Shown one piece after another: positions 61,371-64,000 of a DNA stretch of 64,000 nt (its first letter is position 1; each line of letters opens with the position of its first letter). The position numbers were made by a program, and so were the translations under genes. The stretch lies in assembly GCA_002633005.1 (NCBI GenBank), contig NMRA01000018.1:941531-1005530 (forward strand). The letters run 5' to 3'. This DNA comes from Phoronis australis (lineage: Eukaryota; Animalia; Phoronida). The notes under the pieces are model-generated. The model did not search any database. It saw only the letters and a program-made list of their open reading frames with translations, and was not told the DNA's origin.

Positions 61371-63238
61371 ATCCACTTAGCCATCATGTTGGGGAATTCA
61401 ATTGCGCTCAACTGCTATGCCAAGGAAAACAAGCAGCGATATTTAAAGCCCTACTTGCGTGCCGCCTGCTCTCTACCAGACTAAACTTGTGCTCACTGCT
61501 CGCATCAGTTTCAGCAATGGTCTTGATTTTTTAGACCCACACGAGTCACAGACATGCAAANCAAATTTAACCTGTATCGAGTTAACAGCATAAATATTCA
61601 GCATTGATTGATGTAACTGCCACTGATAAACTTTTGGAAATCATTCCAAACAATAATAATGCTTTGATGTACGAAAAGATCCCGATTGCTACGTCCAGTA
61701 TCGTATCACATATCACAACATACAAAGATTAACCAGACTCTGGCTGGCGACTGACTGCAGCGAAGTCGACATCGGTGAGTGCCTCAGTTAACAGGCATCG
61801 GTAGAATAATCATGGAATAATCGTTAAAATGATCACAAACCTTACCTTTGTATGAGGTCGTGCTTACTTCCCCTCATAGAAGCACACTTTTTACGCAATC
61901 TCAGATTCAGTTGGCACGGCTGCAAGCCATTTCACCATGTATTTAAAGGGCTCGCGAAATCGAGGCTGTTAATCTATCACCACTAGTACACGCACGCCCT
62001 CTAGTTGTTGTAGATTTTCCGAATAGCCCCATTCTATCAACTGAACCGGACGAAATACAAGTTCGATTTTGGGTAGAAATTTCAGAAGTCAAGTAGAAAA
62101 CCATGACTTAACAGTGATTTTGGAGCACGGTAGCTATATTATGGTCAGTTGTTGGGGAATAAACTGAACAAATGTTCATAACAGAAAATACTTAAAACTT
62201 TTTCAGGTAACCCAGCCTATTTTTCTTTCCATATTAGGAATATGCTGTGTCTTGTGACCTCACCCTGCTCTCAATCACCTTCAAAACAACGGAATAAACA
62301 ACAAAATATTTTGCATTCTTTACAGCGAAAAAAGCACACTCAGAGAATATCCTTGTTTCAAGGCTAGAACTGTTTGCAGGTCGAAACTTGTCGACCTGGG
62401 AATTTTCCCTGTGTTGAAGTACGATTACCCGTAAATGTTACACTGCATTGCATGCGCAAATGTTGCTAGACAGCTTACAATGATATGGCTATTTCGCTGC
62501 CAGGGTGGCGCTGGCTATGCGAGTAGTGATAGCGGTAGCCAAACATTGAGCACTAGTGATCCTAGAGTTAAGTGTTGCAAATGATTGAAAAGACATGCAG
62601 CAGCTGTGGTTCAAATTACATACAGTAGACAGGAGACATATTGGTATGAAACCTTGTTTGCTTGAACATCTGTTTGAGTTGGAAGGATTTAAAAACTTGG
62701 ACGGCCTCCTAATATGTCCGACAGTCTACACAGGTGAGTAGTACTTGTAGAGAATCGATTTAGCCAGGTCAAGTGCACCGAGCTTACCTTGAGTGTAGCT
62801 GCAGCACGGAATCTGGCTTGTGTTGATTATAATGCCCATCAATTTGCTCGCCTCCAGCGGATTTTTTAAAACAATGGCCACATGAACTTACCGCACCACA
62901 GCACCAATGTTCAAAAAGGCTAGAACTAACTATGCTTTATGGCCACATCTCATGTACTTTCTCATGCAGGGCTACTAGAGACATTTAAAGGATGATATGA
63001 ATGCACAAATTATGTGTCGCAATGCTATGAAAGGTGTTCATAATGCACCACCAAAATAAGTCAGAAGGCAGGCATGCACATGACTGTTTAGTTTATAGTT
63101 GTGTCTCGCAAAATTGACAAGGTCTTGGATTAACATTCCATTCTGGTACAAGTCAGGAAGCCTAGATTTAAAAGTCCCATTTTCAAAGGAATGTAAAATG
63201 CAGTGTGTCAAGCAGATAATGGCCTAAAAGATACTCAC

Positions 63239-63375
63239 GTCACTACAGTGGTCAGGAACGGGTACATTGAATCCTGGGTACTCTATAATCTTGGTAACAT
63301 CGTATTGAATGTCGCTGTTGTCGTTTTTGTCGTCAACTTCCCCCTCTTCCATTGTGTCCCCATCGATGTTCACTT
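63239..63375 (-). CDS. ZCCHC8: ZCCHC8 internal exon
   Basis: tttttccag|(E)VNIDGDTMEEGEV...YDVTKIIEYPGFNVPVPDHCSD|gtgagt (human YDLSKLVNYPGFNI). Confidence 0.94.
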
Positions 63376-63847
63376 CTGGAAAAAGAATTCCCTTAATGAT
63401 AAAATCGCTCTGTTTCACTATAAAAGACGTCAGCCACAGAAGGATACAGTTGCACCCTCCAACATTGTATTGAATTTGATGAGGCACTTTATATTACTCT
63501 AGAGAGCAAAGAGAAATCCATAGACTACAGTTTCAAGTTGTTCATGATAAGCATAGTATGAAATTTTGTTGAATCCTGACAGTACCGCTATTTCTGGGTG
63601 TCTGTCTAACATTTCTAATTAAACGTTCGGTGATTTCACCCAAAACAACTGCCAAATTATTATCTATGTGTTGTTTTAGTGAATGGTGGATAGTTCATCA
63701 CTTTCAGAACAACAAATAAATTAGGTACTGAAAGTCAAACCGTTTGATGCAAACTAGGACATTGTGGACTAACTTACAGGATACAAACTATATTTACAAT
63801 GACCTCTCACTCTGTAAAGCTTGCTTAAATGGATATATAGAGCGCAC

Positions 63848-63996
63848 CTTTTCCATATTTGTCAAACATAGCAATGCCAGAAGCTTTCAGCTCGGCATCC
63901 TTAAGATGTCCAGGAGGATAGCCCAACAGCCTCATACGGTAGATGAACAGGGGGAGCTGACTAGGCCTCATGCCCAGCGCCTTGGTGAGAGTCTCA
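63848..63996 (-). CDS. ZCCHC8: ZCCHC8 PSP-domain exon (the gene continues beyond the window)
   Basis: acag|ETLTKALGMRPSQLPLFIYRMRLLGYPPGHLKDAELKASGIAMFD, which is the PSP signature LPPFIYRMRQLGYPPGWL. Donor AAG|GTGCGC. Confidence 0.96.
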
Positions 63997-64000
63997 CTGT

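Overview
AT-rich eukaryotic genomic DNA from an animal, most likely a marine invertebrate, with two assembly gaps (20058-20818, 39379-39610). Five host genes are supported. They are a single-coding-exon class A GPCR (+, 6843-7793), a two-exon LEXM/CIMAP2-like PGP-repeat ciliary protein (+, 32513-34153), a single-exon ankyrin-repeat/SOCS-box gene (-, 40741-42429), SMIM14 (+, four coding exons, 47973-51657) head-to-head with the SOCS-box gene, and the 3' five exons of ZCCHC8 (-, 58094-63996). The rest is mostly decayed transposons: an R1/LOA-group RT fragment, two Penelope-like (GIY-YIG) fragments each followed by a mutated hammerhead ribozyme core, a Tx1/L1 LINE, a 5'-truncated but open Hero-type RLE retrotransposon with a fold-back at its 5' junction, ISL2EU/Harbinger, THAP and hAT transposase remnants, many MITEs, and two Helentron/DINE-1-like (HINE) elements. 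The most striking signal is the HINE at 55415-57431. Each of its ~145-bp internal monomers carries a co-oriented CTCF-consensus-like motif (12 in about 1.8 kb), and it lies between two convergent genes, so it is a candidate mobile insulator array. All family calls come from by-eye motif recognition; no searches were run.
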